Of a stretch of 64,000 nt of DNA, positions 1-8,995 are shown one piece after another; within the stretch, counting starts at the first letter, position 1; the number at the start of each line of letters is the position of its first letter. Source of the stretch: an uncultured Eubacteriales bacterium (GTDB lineage: Bacteria > Bacillota > Clostridia > Christensenellales > CAG-138); assembly GCA_902765005.1 (NCBI GenBank), contig CACWYB010000002.1:74553-138552 (forward strand), in the 5' to 3' direction. The notes beneath the pieces were generated by a model. That model was not told the DNA's origin and searched no databases. It saw only the letters and a program-made list of their open reading frames with translations. The position numbers and the translations under genes are program-made.

Positions 1-2
1 CA

Positions 3-920
3 TTGGGTATCGCCACCTGTGTGGAGCACACCCGGATGCGGCCCTATATCGTGATCAGCGACAGGAACGACGCCACCAAGGACGCCCTGGAGGAGATGGA
101 CCGGCTGGGGCTGGCGGAGCGGATGCTCATCACCGGGCCCCAAGCCCTGGAGATGGTCCGGGCCAACTCCGTGGTGGTGGTGGTGGACACCCAGCGGCCC
201 ATGATGACCGACTGCCCGGCCCTGCTGGACCGGGTGGAGAAGCTGGTGATCATCGACCATCATCGCCGCAGCGCGGACTATATCGAGAACCCCACCCTCC
301 ACTATCTGGAATCCCGGGCCTCCTCCGCTTCGGAGATGGTCACGGAGGTGATCCAGTATTACGACGAATCCGTGCGGCCGGACAGCTTTGTGTGCAGTTC
401 CCTGCTGGCGGGCATCGAGCTGGACACCAAGCAGTTCGTGTTCAACGTGGGCAGCCGAACCTTTGAGGCGGCCGGGTACCTAAGGCGGAACGGAGCGGAT
501 CTGAACCTGGTGAAGACCATGTTCCAGAACGATTTTGACAGCTTCGTTCACGTAGCGCAAACGGTGCAGAGCGCCCAGATCAACCAGGACGGCATCGCCA
601 TCGCCGCCTGCGAGGAGGGCATCGACAACGTGCAGCTCATCGCGGCCCGGGCGGCGGACGAGCTGCTGAAGGTGAAGGGCGTGAAGGCGGCCTTCACTCT
701 GGCCAACATGGGCGAGTTCATCAACATTTCCGGCCGGAGCTACGGGCTCATCAACGTGCAGCTGATCCTGGAGCAGCTGGGCGGCGGTGGACATCTGACC
801 ATGGCCGGGGCCCAGCTCTACGGCAAGACGCTGGAGGAGGCCACGGAGCTGCTCAAGGGCTGCATCCAGCCCGGGGAGCTTCCCGAAAAAACAGAAACAG
901 ATCCTCAAGGAGGTAATTGA
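3..920 (+). CDS. gdpP: DHH/DHHA1-family phosphoesterase, C-terminal part (GdpP-like c-di-AMP phosphodiesterase); 5' end lies outside the window
   Basis: ORF is open to the window edge. Translation has a DHH motif (VIIDHHRR) and the DHHA1 motif GGGGH. Classical Firmicute synteny gdpP-rplI-dnaB. Confidence 0.75.
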   Translation: MGIATCVEHTRMRPYIVISDRNDATKDALEEMDRLGLAERMLITGPQALEMVRANSVVVVVDTQRPMMTDCPALLDRVEKLVIIDHHRRSADYIENPTLHYLESRASSASEMVTEVIQYYDESVRPDSFVCSSLLAGIELDTKQFVFNVGSRTFEAAGYLRRNGADLNLVKTMFQNDFDSFVHVAQTVQSAQINQDGIAIAACEEGIDNVQLIAARAADELLKVKGVKAAFTLANMGEFINISGRSYGLINVQLILEQLGGGGHLTMAGAQLYGKTLEEATELLKGCIQPGELPEKTETDPQGGN

Positions 921-921
921 T

Positions 922-1368
922 ATGAAGGTTGTATTGGAACAGGATGTGAAGGGCACCGGTAAGAAGGGCGAAGTGGTGAACGTGTCCGACGGATACGCCC
1001 GCAACTTTTTGTTGCCCCGGAAGATGGCCTCTCCCGCGGACGCCTCCGCGGTGAACGCCATGAACATTCAGAAGAGCGCCGCCCAGCACAGGAAATTCAC
1101 CGCCGGGGTCCAGGCCCGGGAGCAGGCCAAGAAGCTGGACAACGCCGTGGTGAAGGTGCCCGTGCGGGTGGGTGAGAACGGGAAGCTGTTCGGCACCGTG
1201 TCCGGCAAGGAGATCGCCGCCGCCATCGAGGAGCAGCTGGGCCTCACCATCGACAAGAAGAAGATCAGCATCGATCCCGTTCGCAGCACGGGGGAATATG
1301 TGGCCAAGCTCTCCCTCTTTGAGGAGGTCAAGGCCAACCTGAAGGTCATCGTCGAGGAACAGAAGTAA
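922..1368 (+). CDS. rplI: 50S ribosomal protein L9
   Basis: 148 aa. N-terminus [36 protein letters not shown] is the canonical L9 signature. Lies between gdpP and dnaB. Confidence 0.95.
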   Translation: MKVVLEQDVKGTGKKGEVVNVSDGYARNFLLPRKMASPADASAVNAMNIQKSAAQHRKFTAGVQAREQAKKLDNAVVKVPVRVGENGKLFGTVSGKEIAAAIEEQLGLTIDKKKISIDPVRSTGEYVAKLSLFEEVKANLKVIVEEQK

Positions 1369-1369
1369 C

Positions 1370-2707
1370 GTGGAAGAGCGACTGGAACGGGTTCTGCCCA
1401 ACAATCTGGACGCGGAAAAATCCGTGCTGGGGAGCATGCTGCTGGAGAAGGACGCCCTGGAGCTGGTTCTGGAGCAGCTGCACAGCGAGGATTTCTACAG
1501 CGCCGCCCATCAGCGGATCTTCGAGGCCATGGCCAACATCCGCCAGGCCGGCCAGGCGGTGGACCTGGTCACGCTGAGCGAGGAGCTGGAGCGGCGGGGA
1601 TTCCTGGACACGGTGGGGGGCTCGGTGTATCTCACCGAGCTCATGGCCTTCGTGCCCACCGCCGCCAACGTGAGCTACTACGCCAAGATCGTGGAGGAGC
1701 GGAGCGTGCAGCGGAGCCTGGTCCACGCGGGCAACGAGATGATCCGTGACGGCATGAACGACGACAAGGACGTGGAGGAAAGCCTGAACCAGGCGGAGAA
1801 GCGGATCTACGACATCTCCATGCGCAAGACCGAGGACTCCCTGGCCCCCATCGCCCAGATCGTGCCCGACGCCATCACGGAGATCGGGGATCTGATGGCC
1901 CGGCAGGGGAAGCTCACCGGAGTGGCCACCGGGTTCGTGGAGCTGGATCGGATGACCAACGGCCTGCAGAAGTCGGATTTGATCATCATCGCCGCCCGAC
2001 CCGCCATGGGCAAGTCCGCCTTCGCCCTGAACATCGCCCAGTACGCCGCCCTTCATGACAACCGGTCCGTGGTCATCTTCTCCCTGGAGATGAGCAAGGA
2101 GCAGTTGGTCATGCGGATGCTGTGCACCGAGGCCTCCGTGGACTCCCAGCGGATCAAGGAGGGCCTGCTCACCGACGAGGAGACGGGCCGGCTCATGGAC
2201 GCGGCGGAGCCCATGCAGCGGAGCAAGATCCACATCGACGACGGCGGCAACGCCACCGTGGCCAGCATCCGGTCGAAGTGCCGTCGGCTCAAGGCCCGGG
2301 AGGGGCTGGATTTGGTCATCGTGGACTACATGCAGCTCATGAACGGTACGGGCATGGGGAACCGGAAGAACGATTCCCGTCAGCAGGAGATCTCCGACAT
2401 GACCCGGGCCATGAAGCTGCTGGCCAGGGAGCTGGATGTGCCTATCCTGCTGCTGGCCCAGCTGAACCGGGGTCCGGAGACCCGGCAGGACCACACGCCC
2501 ATGATCGCGGATCTGCGGGAGAGCGGCTCCATCGAGCAGGACGCGGATATGGTCATCCTGCTGTATCGGCCCCAGGTGTACGACGAGACGCTGGACAACA
2601 CCAGCGAGGTCATCATCGCCAAGCACCGCCACGGCCCCACGGGCACGGTGGAGCTGGCCTGGCAGGGAGAGTATACCCGGTTCATGAATCTGGCCAGGGA
2701 ACAATAA
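1370..2707 (+). CDS. dnaB: Replicative DNA helicase (DnaB family; DnaC in B. subtilis nomenclature)
   Basis: 445 aa with a GTG start 2 nt after the rplI stop. N-terminal LPNNLDAEKSVLGSML, Walker A ARPAMGKSAFALN, and RecA-like C-terminal motifs (IIAKHRHGPTG). Confidence 0.95.
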   Translation: MEERLERVLPNNLDAEKSVLGSMLLEKDALELVLEQLHSEDFYSAAHQRIFEAMANIRQAGQAVDLVTLSEELERRGFLDTVGGSVYLTELMAFVPTAANVSYYAKIVEERSVQRSLVHAGNEMIRDGMNDDKDVEESLNQAEKRIYDISMRKTEDSLAPIAQIVPDAITEIGDLMARQGKLTGVATGFVELDRMTNGLQKSDLIIIAARPAMGKSAFALNIAQYAALHDNRSVVIFSLEMSKEQLVMRMLCTEASVDSQRIKEGLLTDEETGRLMDAAEPMQRSKIHIDDGGNATVASIRSKCRRLKAREGLDLVIVDYMQLMNGTGMGNRKNDSRQQEISDMTRAMKLLARELDVPILLLAQLNRGPETRQDHTPMIADLRESGSIEQDADMVILLYRPQVYDETLDNTSEVIIAKHRHGPTGTVELAWQGEYTRFMNLAREQ

Positions 2708-2717
2708 GAATCAGCTG

Positions 2718-2741
2718 CGCCGTCCTTCGGGACGGCGTTTT
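2718..2741 (+). terminator. Intrinsic terminator after dnaB
   Basis: cgccgtcc-ttcg-ggacggcg stem-loop followed by TTTT. Confidence 0.6.
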
Positions 2742-2752
2742 CGGAGGAAATC

Positions 2753-3430
2753 ATGTATCGAATCTTCCTGGTGGAGGATGATCCCATCATCGCCCGAACG
2801 GTGAAAAAACACCTGGAGGGGTGGGGCTGGCAGGTGCAGGCGGCGGAGGACTTCTCCGACGTCATGGGGGCTTTTCGCGCCTTCGACCCCCAGCTGGTGC
2901 TGCTGGACATCACCCTGCCCTTCTACAACGGCTACCACTGGTGCGACCTGATCCGCCGAGAGTCCCGGGTGCCGGTGATCTTCCTCTCCTCCGCCGCAGA
3001 CAACATGAACATCGTCATGGCCATGCACATGGGCGGGGACGACTTCATCCCCAAGCCCTTCGATTTGAACGTGCTCACGGCCAAGGTCCAGGCCCTGCTC
3101 CGGCGGACCTACGAATTCGCTCGGAACCAGGCGGTCCTGCCCCTGTGGGACGGGGTCCTGAACCTGCAGGACGGCACCTTTGTTCGGGGGGAGCAGCGCC
3201 TGGCGCTGACAAGAAACGAGTTTCGCATATTGGAGATGCTTCTCGAAAATCGGGGGCGCATCGTCAGCCGGGACGAGCTCATGGAGCGGCTCTGGTCAAC
3301 GGACAGCTTCGTGGACGAGAACACCCTGAGCGTGAACGTGAACCGGCTTCGCAAGAAGCTGGAGGAGGCGGGGCTCGCTGACACCATCCGCACCCGCAAG
3401 GGAGAGGGGTACATCATCGAAAGGGCATGA
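2753..3430 (+). CDS. OmpR-family response regulator, BceR-like
   Basis: 225 aa. Receiver domain (FLVEDD...LLDITLP...PKPF) plus a winged-helix C-terminus (LTRNEFRILEMLL...GEGY). Overlaps the downstream kinase gene by 4 nt. Confidence 0.9.
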   Translation: MYRIFLVEDDPIIARTVKKHLEGWGWQVQAAEDFSDVMGAFRAFDPQLVLLDITLPFYNGYHWCDLIRRESRVPVIFLSSAADNMNIVMAMHMGGDDFIPKPFDLNVLTAKVQALLRRTYEFARNQAVLPLWDGVLNLQDGTFVRGEQRLALTRNEFRILEMLLENRGRIVSRDELMERLWSTDSFVDENTLSVNVNRLRKKLEEAGLADTIRTRKGEGYIIERA

Positions 3431-4410
3431 AGCTGTTTTCATCCTATGTGCGGCGGCACTACAAGATTTTCATCCTGATGGCGGGCTGCGGCGCCATCCT
3501 GCTGGGGGTGCTGGCCCTGTATGGGGCGCCCCTGGAGGGGGTGGGCTATGGGCTGCTGCTGTGCGCTGCCCTGGGGGCGATCCTGCTGACGGCGGGTTTT
3601 TTGCAGTATCGGAACCGGTGCCACCGGCTGGAGAAGATGCTGCTGACGCTGCCCGAATCCCTGGGTGAACTGCCCGAGCCCAAGGACGCTCTGGAGGAAG
3701 GGTATCAGGTCCTGCTGCGGGAGCTGGCCCAAAAAAGCCGGCTGGCCGCTGCCGACGCCGCCCGGGAGCGGGCGGAGGCCGAGACCTACTACACCACCTG
3801 GGTGCACCAGATCAAGACGCCCATCGCCGCCATGGAGCTGCTGCTGCAGAGCGGGGAGATGGATGGGGAGCTTTTGCGGGGAGAGCTGTTTTCCATTGAA
3901 AAATATGTGGATATGGCCCTGACCTACCAGCGGCTGGGGAGCGAGAGCACGGATCTGGTCCTGGGGGAGTATGCTTTGGACTCCATCATCCGCCGGGCGG
4001 TGAAGGAGTATGCCCGGCTGTTCATCGCCAAAAAGCTTTCGCTCACCTTCTCGCCCACGGAGCTGACCGTGCTCACGGACGAGAAGTGGCTGGGGTTCGT
4101 GCTGGGGCAGGTGCTGAGCAACGCCGTGAAGTACACGGACCGGGGCGGGGTGTCCATCTATGCCCGGGGGGAGACCCTGATCGTGGAGGACACGGGCATG
4201 GGCATCCCCGAAAGCGAGCTGCCCCGGGTGTTCGAGCGGAGCTTCACAGGCATGAACGGCCGGGAGGCGGAGCGGACCACGGGCCTGGGGCTGTACCTCT
4301 GCAAGCGGACCTGCGACATGCTGGGCCACGGGATCCGGCTGTCGTCCGCCGTGGGCCGGGGGACCCGGGTGCTGCTGGACCTGGGGCGGGGAGAAAGCCC
4401 CCGGGAATAA
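3427..4410 (+). CDS. Intramembrane-sensing histidine kinase, BceS-like
   Basis: 327 aa. Two N-terminal TM helices with almost no extracellular loop, an H-box (WVHQIKTPIAAM), and N/G boxes (SNAVKYT, EDTGMGI, GLGLYLC). Confidence 0.85.
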   Translation: MKLFSSYVRRHYKIFILMAGCGAILLGVLALYGAPLEGVGYGLLLCAALGAILLTAGFLQYRNRCHRLEKMLLTLPESLGELPEPKDALEEGYQVLLRELAQKSRLAAADAARERAEAETYYTTWVHQIKTPIAAMELLLQSGEMDGELLRGELFSIEKYVDMALTYQRLGSESTDLVLGEYALDSIIRRAVKEYARLFIAKKLSLTFSPTELTVLTDEKWLGFVLGQVLSNAVKYTDRGGVSIYARGETLIVEDTGMGIPESELPRVFERSFTGMNGREAERTTGLGLYLCKRTCDMLGHGIRLSSAVGRGTRVLLDLGRGESPRE

Positions 4411-4416
4411 CCTTTC

Positions 4417-4441
4417 TTACAAAACTGTAAGCCCCCTGTAA
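4417..4441 (+). promoter_or_regulatory. Candidate BceR-type operator (TTACA-N4-TGTAA inverted repeat plus an extra CTGTAA half-site) upstream of the ABC genes
   Basis: ttacaaaactgtaa at 4417-4430 and ctgtaa at 4436-4441. A possible -10 element TATACT lies at 4475-4480. Matches my recollection of the TNACA-N4-TGTAA consensus for BceR-like regulators. Confidence 0.5.
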
Positions 4442-4512
4442 GCTGAAACCATGGCACGCCCCCGGGAACGGGGGTATACTTTTACCCATCAAGGACATGG
4501 GAGGAGAAGCGT

Positions 4513-5286
4513 ATGTCGCTGTTGGAAGTGAACAACCTGAAAAAGGTCTATACCACCCGCCTGGGCGGGACCGGGGTGGAGGCCCTGAAGAACGTGAGCT
4601 TTGCCGTGGAGGCGGGGGAGTTCGTGGCCATCATGGGCGAATCCGGCTCCGGCAAGACCACCCTGCTGAACATCCTGGCGGCCCTGGACCGGCCCTCCGG
4701 CGGCACGGTGCGCCTGAACGGAGAGGACATGGCCGCGGTCCGGGAGCGGGACCTCACCGCCTTTCGGCGGGACAACCTGGGCTTCGTGTTCCAGGATTTC
4801 AACCTGCTGGACGCCTTCACCGTCCGGGACAACATCTTTTTGCCCCTGGTGCTGGCGGGGAAGACCTATGAGGAGATGAACGCGCGGCTTTTGCCCCTGA
4901 CGAAGGCCCTGGGCATCGGGGAGCTGCTGAACAAGTTTCCCTACGAGCTCTCCGGGGGCCAAAAGCAGCGGACCGCCGTCGGGCGGGCCCTCATCACCCG
5001 GCCGGCCATCCTGCTGGCGGACGAGCCCACGGGGGCCCTGGATTCCAAGGCTTCCGACAGCCTCCTGCGGATATTCGAGAGCTTGAACGAGCAGGGGCAG
5101 ACCATCCTCATGGTGACCCACAGCGTCACCGCCGCCAGCCACGCGAAGCGCACCCTCTTCCTGCGGGACGGCATGATCTACCACCAGCTTTACCGAGGGC
5201 AGCGGACCCGGGAGGAGATGTTCGCCCAGATCTCCCATACCCTCACGGTCATGACCTCCGGCGGCAAGGAGCAGGACCATGAATAA
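4513..5286 (+). CDS. ABC transporter ATP-binding protein, BceA/MacB-type
   Basis: 257 aa. Walker A GESGSGKTT, signature LSGGQKQR, Walker B ILLADEPTGALD. Confidence 0.9.
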   Translation: MSLLEVNNLKKVYTTRLGGTGVEALKNVSFAVEAGEFVAIMGESGSGKTTLLNILAALDRPSGGTVRLNGEDMAAVRERDLTAFRRDNLGFVFQDFNLLDAFTVRDNIFLPLVLAGKTYEEMNARLLPLTKALGIGELLNKFPYELSGGQKQRTAVGRALITRPAILLADEPTGALDSKASDSLLRIFESLNEQGQTILMVTHSVTAASHAKRTLFLRDGMIYHQLYRGQRTREEMFAQISHTLTVMTSGGKEQDHE

Positions 5287-7003
5287 GCGGGGCTTCTATC
5301 CAAGGCTGGCCGCCCGGTCTCTGCGGCTCAACGGCAAGTTTTATCTGCCGTACATCCTCTCCGGCACAATCAGCGCGGCCATGCTCTACGACGTCCTGTT
5401 CCTCGGCATGAACACCGGCATAGCCCGCGGCTCCGTGTCGGCCCTGCTGGGCTTTGGGGCCCTGGTGGTGGCCCTTTTCTCCCTGGCCCTCATTCTCTAT
5501 ACCAATGGCTTTCTCATGAAGCGGCGGCAGCAGGAGCTGGGGCTCTACAACATCCTTGGCATGGAGAAGCGGCACATGGCCCGGCTCCTTCTGTGGGAAG
5601 GGGTGTATACGGCCCTTATCTGCATCGGCGGCGGGCTGCTGCTGGGCATCCTGCTCTCCAAGCTCTTTTTGCTCCTCCTCTGCGCCATCATACGGTTGGA
5701 GGTGCCCTTCGGCTTCGAGGTGCCAGGGGAGGCCGTGCTCTACACGGTCGTGGGCTTTGGGAGCATCTACCTGATCACCTTTCTGCTGAACCTGTTCCGC
5801 CTGGGCCGAGTGAAGCCCATCGAGCTCCTAAAGGGCACCGAGTCCGGAGAGCGGGAGCCCAAAACCAAGTGGCTGCTGGCCCTGGTGGGGTTCGTGTCCA
5901 TGGCCGCGGGCTACTACCTGTCCGTCACCGTGCAGGACCCCCTGCGGGCCCTGGGCATCTTTTTCATCGCGGTGATGCTGGTGATCATCGGTACCTACGC
6001 CCTCTTCACTGCCGGCAGCATCTGGGTCCTGAAGGCCCTGCGGAGGAACAAAAAGTTCTACTATCAGCCCCGCCATTTCACCGCCGTCTCCGGCATGCTC
6101 CACCGCATGAAGCGGAACGCGGCGGGCCTGGCCACCATCTGCATTTTGTCCACCATGGTGCTGGTCACCGTGTCCACCACCCTGTGCCTCTATGCGGGGG
6201 CGGATCAGCTCATCGGGAGCCTATATGGCCGGGAGGTGCAGACCTATGTCTTCGGCGGCGGCCCGGAGAACCGGGAGAAGGTGATGGCCGTCTATGAGCG
6301 GGTGCTTCGGGAACGGGGCGTGGAGGGCAGGAATCTGACCGCCTTTTGCGCCTATGCAGATGAACCGGAATACAACTGGCGCACGGTCGCCGCCCCCTAT
6401 TTCGACCGGGGCGTGACGGAGGAGGTGCTGGGGGATCCCTCCGGCGAGGTTTTCTTCACCTATGTGGGCTGCGACGTGGATAAGGACGTGAATACCTACG
6501 AGCTGCGTCTGGCCCTGGAAAGCGCCGTGTACGATCTGTGCTCCGACCCCACCTTTGCCTACGATCGAACCTTCACCGACGACGGCCGGGGCGACCGATT
6601 CGATTACTGGTCCAGCCTGGGCGGCTTCTTCTTCATCGGCCTGTTCCTGGGAAGCCTGTTCCTCATGGCCGCCGTGCTCATCGTCTACTATAAGCAGATC
6701 TCCGAGGGCTATGAGGACGCCCGGAGCTTCCAGATCATGCAGCAGGTGGGCATGGCCCAAAGCGAGGTGAAGGCCACCATACAGAGCCAGATCATGAGCG
6801 TATTCTTCCTGCCCCTTCTGGTGGCGGCCTGCCACACCGCCGGGGCCTTCCCCATGACCAAGAAGATTCTGCGGCTCTTCGGCCTTTCCAACACGGAGCT
6901 TTTCGTCCTGTGCAGCGCGGCCACGCTGGTCATCTTCGCCCTGGTGTACTACTTCATCTACCGGCTCACGGCCCGGGAGTACTACCGGATCGTGAAGCGA
7001 TAG
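5279..7003 (+). CDS. ABC transporter permease, FtsX-fold, BceB-like
   Basis: 574 aa, overlapping the ATPase gene by 8 nt. Multiple TM helices with a soluble insertion (approx. residues 310-460) before the last TM bundle. Confidence 0.8.
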   Translation: MNKRGFYPRLAARSLRLNGKFYLPYILSGTISAAMLYDVLFLGMNTGIARGSVSALLGFGALVVALFSLALILYTNGFLMKRRQQELGLYNILGMEKRHMARLLLWEGVYTALICIGGGLLLGILLSKLFLLLLCAIIRLEVPFGFEVPGEAVLYTVVGFGSIYLITFLLNLFRLGRVKPIELLKGTESGEREPKTKWLLALVGFVSMAAGYYLSVTVQDPLRALGIFFIAVMLVIIGTYALFTAGSIWVLKALRRNKKFYYQPRHFTAVSGMLHRMKRNAAGLATICILSTMVLVTVSTTLCLYAGADQLIGSLYGREVQTYVFGGGPENREKVMAVYERVLRERGVEGRNLTAFCAYADEPEYNWRTVAAPYFDRGVTEEVLGDPSGEVFFTYVGCDVDKDVNTYELRLALESAVYDLCSDPTFAYDRTFTDDGRGDRFDYWSSLGGFFFIGLFLGSLFLMAAVLIVYYKQISEGYEDARSFQIMQQVGMAQSEVKATIQSQIMSVFFLPLLVAACHTAGAFPMTKKILRLFGLSNTELFVLCSAATLVIFALVYYFIYRLTAREYYRIVKR

Positions 7004-7040
7004 AAAAGAGTTTCTTTGCCGCTCATTCGTTTTTCTCTGG

Positions 7041-7068
7041 GGAGAAGGCTTCGGCCTTCTCCTTTTTT
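7041..7068 (+). terminator. Intrinsic terminator after the Bce-like module
   Basis: ggagaaggc-ttcg-gccttctcc followed by TTTTTT. Confidence 0.75.
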
Positions 7069-7172
7069 GTGTTTTTGCGGATTTCAAATCATTTTACAAG
7101 TCTATGACAACTCTGTGACGTTTTGGACGAATATGGGGGGTAGGATGGTGGGGAAGAAAGGGGGCGCGAAAC

Positions 7173-8594
7173 ATGAAGAGAATCGTTTGCTTGTTTTTTG
7201 CCGCGATCCTGCTGGCGGCGGCCGGCTGCCAGCCCACGCCGGAGGTGGAGTTTGTGGTGAACAAAGGGGACAATACTGTGGAGGAGAAGCTGGCGGAGCC
7301 GGAGGAGGCAGGGGAGCGGCCCGCCGTCCAAACCTTCCCGGACCGGTGGGACGAGGGGCCGACGGCGGTGAACGACCGGCTGACGTTGACCGTGAAGGCG
7401 GAGGTTATTCAAAAGCCGGACGGAATCTATCCCGTCTATCGCACCCGATCCGTGACCTGTACACAGGAGCAGGTCGTGGACCTGCTGAACCAGCTTTTGC
7501 CTCCGCCCACGGCCCGGATGCCCCTGGTGGACACCAAGGCGGATTGGACCCTTGCCTACCAGGAGTGGCTGGACGACCTTGCGGAGCAGCAGGCCTGGAT
7601 CGCCGCGGGCAAGCCCCAGGACGGGGTGGACCGGGACGAGGCCGTCATGAGCGCGGAGGACATCGACCGCCTCTCCAGGGAATATCAGCAGCTGATCCGG
7701 GAGGCGCCGGAGGAGCTGGAGAGCACCCCCGTCTCGGACTTCACGGGCCTGGAGCTGAATGCGGGCACCAGCATCTACGCCCTGTCCGACGGGACAAGGG
7801 CCAGCGTGAATGCCTATGTGAGCCCCGATGTCACCGAAATCAGCGTGTGCAAGGACTGCAGCGGCAGCGGGTACATCTATTACCAATATACCTACGAGCG
7901 GGAGAGGGAGCTGGGGGAAGTGAAGCCCTTTTTGACGGTGAAGCTCTCACAGGAGCAGGCGGAACAGACCCTGCAGGCGGAATTGGAACGGTTGGGGCTA
8001 ACCGACTTCACCGTGGCCCAGGCCGCCCCGGCCAACCTGTGCCTCATGGGCAGGAGTGAGGAAACCCGCCCCCTTTCCGCGGGCTGGGGGTTTCAGCTTC
8101 GTCGGAGCAACGGGGGATATCCCTTGAGCCGCGTCAGCTTCATGGACTCCCGCGCCCTGCTCTGTGGAGACGAGGACGCCTTGGTCTTCAACCGGCCCGT
8201 TCCCGATGAGATGATCGAGCTTTTCATCGACGAGAGCGGCCTGCGGGCCATACGGTATCGGAATCCCAAGGAGGCGGTGTCCCTGGAGAGCGAAAACGTG
8301 GAGCTGCTGCCCTTCGAGCAGATCCAGATGCGGATCAAGAACGCCCTGGTGGTTGGCATCGGCACATCCAAGCTGGACCAGCCCATCCCCTGCAACGTCT
8401 ATAGGCTGCTGCTCACCACCTGCACCGTCCGGGTGAAGGACAGCGACGACTTCTATGAGATGCCCTGCTGGGTGGTCTTCTTCACCTGGAACGACGCCCA
8501 GGCGGATCGCATCGATAACCCCCAGTTCGTGCAGGAGGCCCTGATCCTCAACGCCGTGGACGGGTCCATCGTCCACGGGGAATACGGAGCCTGA
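7173..8594 (+). CDS. Hypothetical lipoprotein
   Basis: 473 aa. Signal peptide with lipobox (LLAAAGC). I recognise no family. Confidence 0.65.
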   Translation: MKRIVCLFFAAILLAAAGCQPTPEVEFVVNKGDNTVEEKLAEPEEAGERPAVQTFPDRWDEGPTAVNDRLTLTVKAEVIQKPDGIYPVYRTRSVTCTQEQVVDLLNQLLPPPTARMPLVDTKADWTLAYQEWLDDLAEQQAWIAAGKPQDGVDRDEAVMSAEDIDRLSREYQQLIREAPEELESTPVSDFTGLELNAGTSIYALSDGTRASVNAYVSPDVTEISVCKDCSGSGYIYYQYTYERERELGEVKPFLTVKLSQEQAEQTLQAELERLGLTDFTVAQAAPANLCLMGRSEETRPLSAGWGFQLRRSNGGYPLSRVSFMDSRALLCGDEDALVFNRPVPDEMIELFIDESGLRAIRYRNPKEAVSLESENVELLPFEQIQMRIKNALVVGIGTSKLDQPIPCNVYRLLLTTCTVRVKDSDDFYEMPCWVVFFTWNDAQADRIDNPQFVQEALILNAVDGSIVHGEYGA

Positions 8595-8687
8595 GGGAGG
8601 AATAGGGAAGATTGGCAGCCATCCTGCACCGTGGGCCCCGTGGCCCCGGGGACATGACCAAGGCGGAATGTAGGGGAAAACTGGGGC

Positions 8688-8715
8688 TTGCAATTTCGAA
8701 CACAGCTGATATAAT
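8688..8715 (+). promoter_or_regulatory. Sigma-A-type promoter for the tyrS leader
   Basis: TTGCAA (8688-8693), 16-nt spacer, extended -10 TGaTATAAT (8707-8715). Confidence 0.55.
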
Positions 8716-8721
8716 GGTGGC

Positions 8722-8968
8722 AATCGACAGCAAGGCTATGAAGGAAAGAGTAGGCGGCGCAAGGCCTCAAGAGAGCATCCGGCCGGTGAAAGGATGCGGC
8801 AAACGCCACTGAAGTACATTCCGGAGCCGCTTCCCTGAAACCGAGTAGGGGGAGACGGGAGCGCCCGTTACAGCGTCCAAGGAGAGGCGGTCCGCCCGCG
8901 GGGCGCGCCTGAATTGAGGTGGTACCACGGCAATTTCGTCGTCCTCTGTTCCCGAAGGGGAGCGGAGG
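8722..8968 (+). promoter_or_regulatory. T-box riboswitch leader, tyrosine-specific (UAC specifier)
   Basis: Stem I elements (AGAGAG, GTGAAAG). Specifier-loop context GAAGUACA with UAC at 8815-8817. T-box sequence tgaggtggtaccacgg at 8906-8921. Terminator cctctgttcccgaaggggagcggagg + TTTTTT at ~8933-8967. Confidence 0.85.
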
Positions 8969-8995
8969 GCTTTTTTATTACACAAACAGGAAAGG

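Noticed and set aside
1346-2704. 452-aa ORF on the minus strand
   Set aside because: It is entirely antisense to the well-supported dnaB gene. Its translation is Gly/Pro/His/Leu/Val-rich low complexity, typical of shadow frames in high-GC DNA.
7016-8059. 347-aa ORF on the plus strand overlapping the lipoprotein gene in another frame
   Set aside because: It is a Gly/Arg/Pro/Ala-rich alternative frame. The frame starting at 7173 has a proper lipoprotein signal peptide and normal composition.
8612-8812. 66-aa ORF on the plus strand
   Set aside because: It lies inside the tyrS T-box leader RNA, whose conserved elements explain the sequence. It has no RBS.
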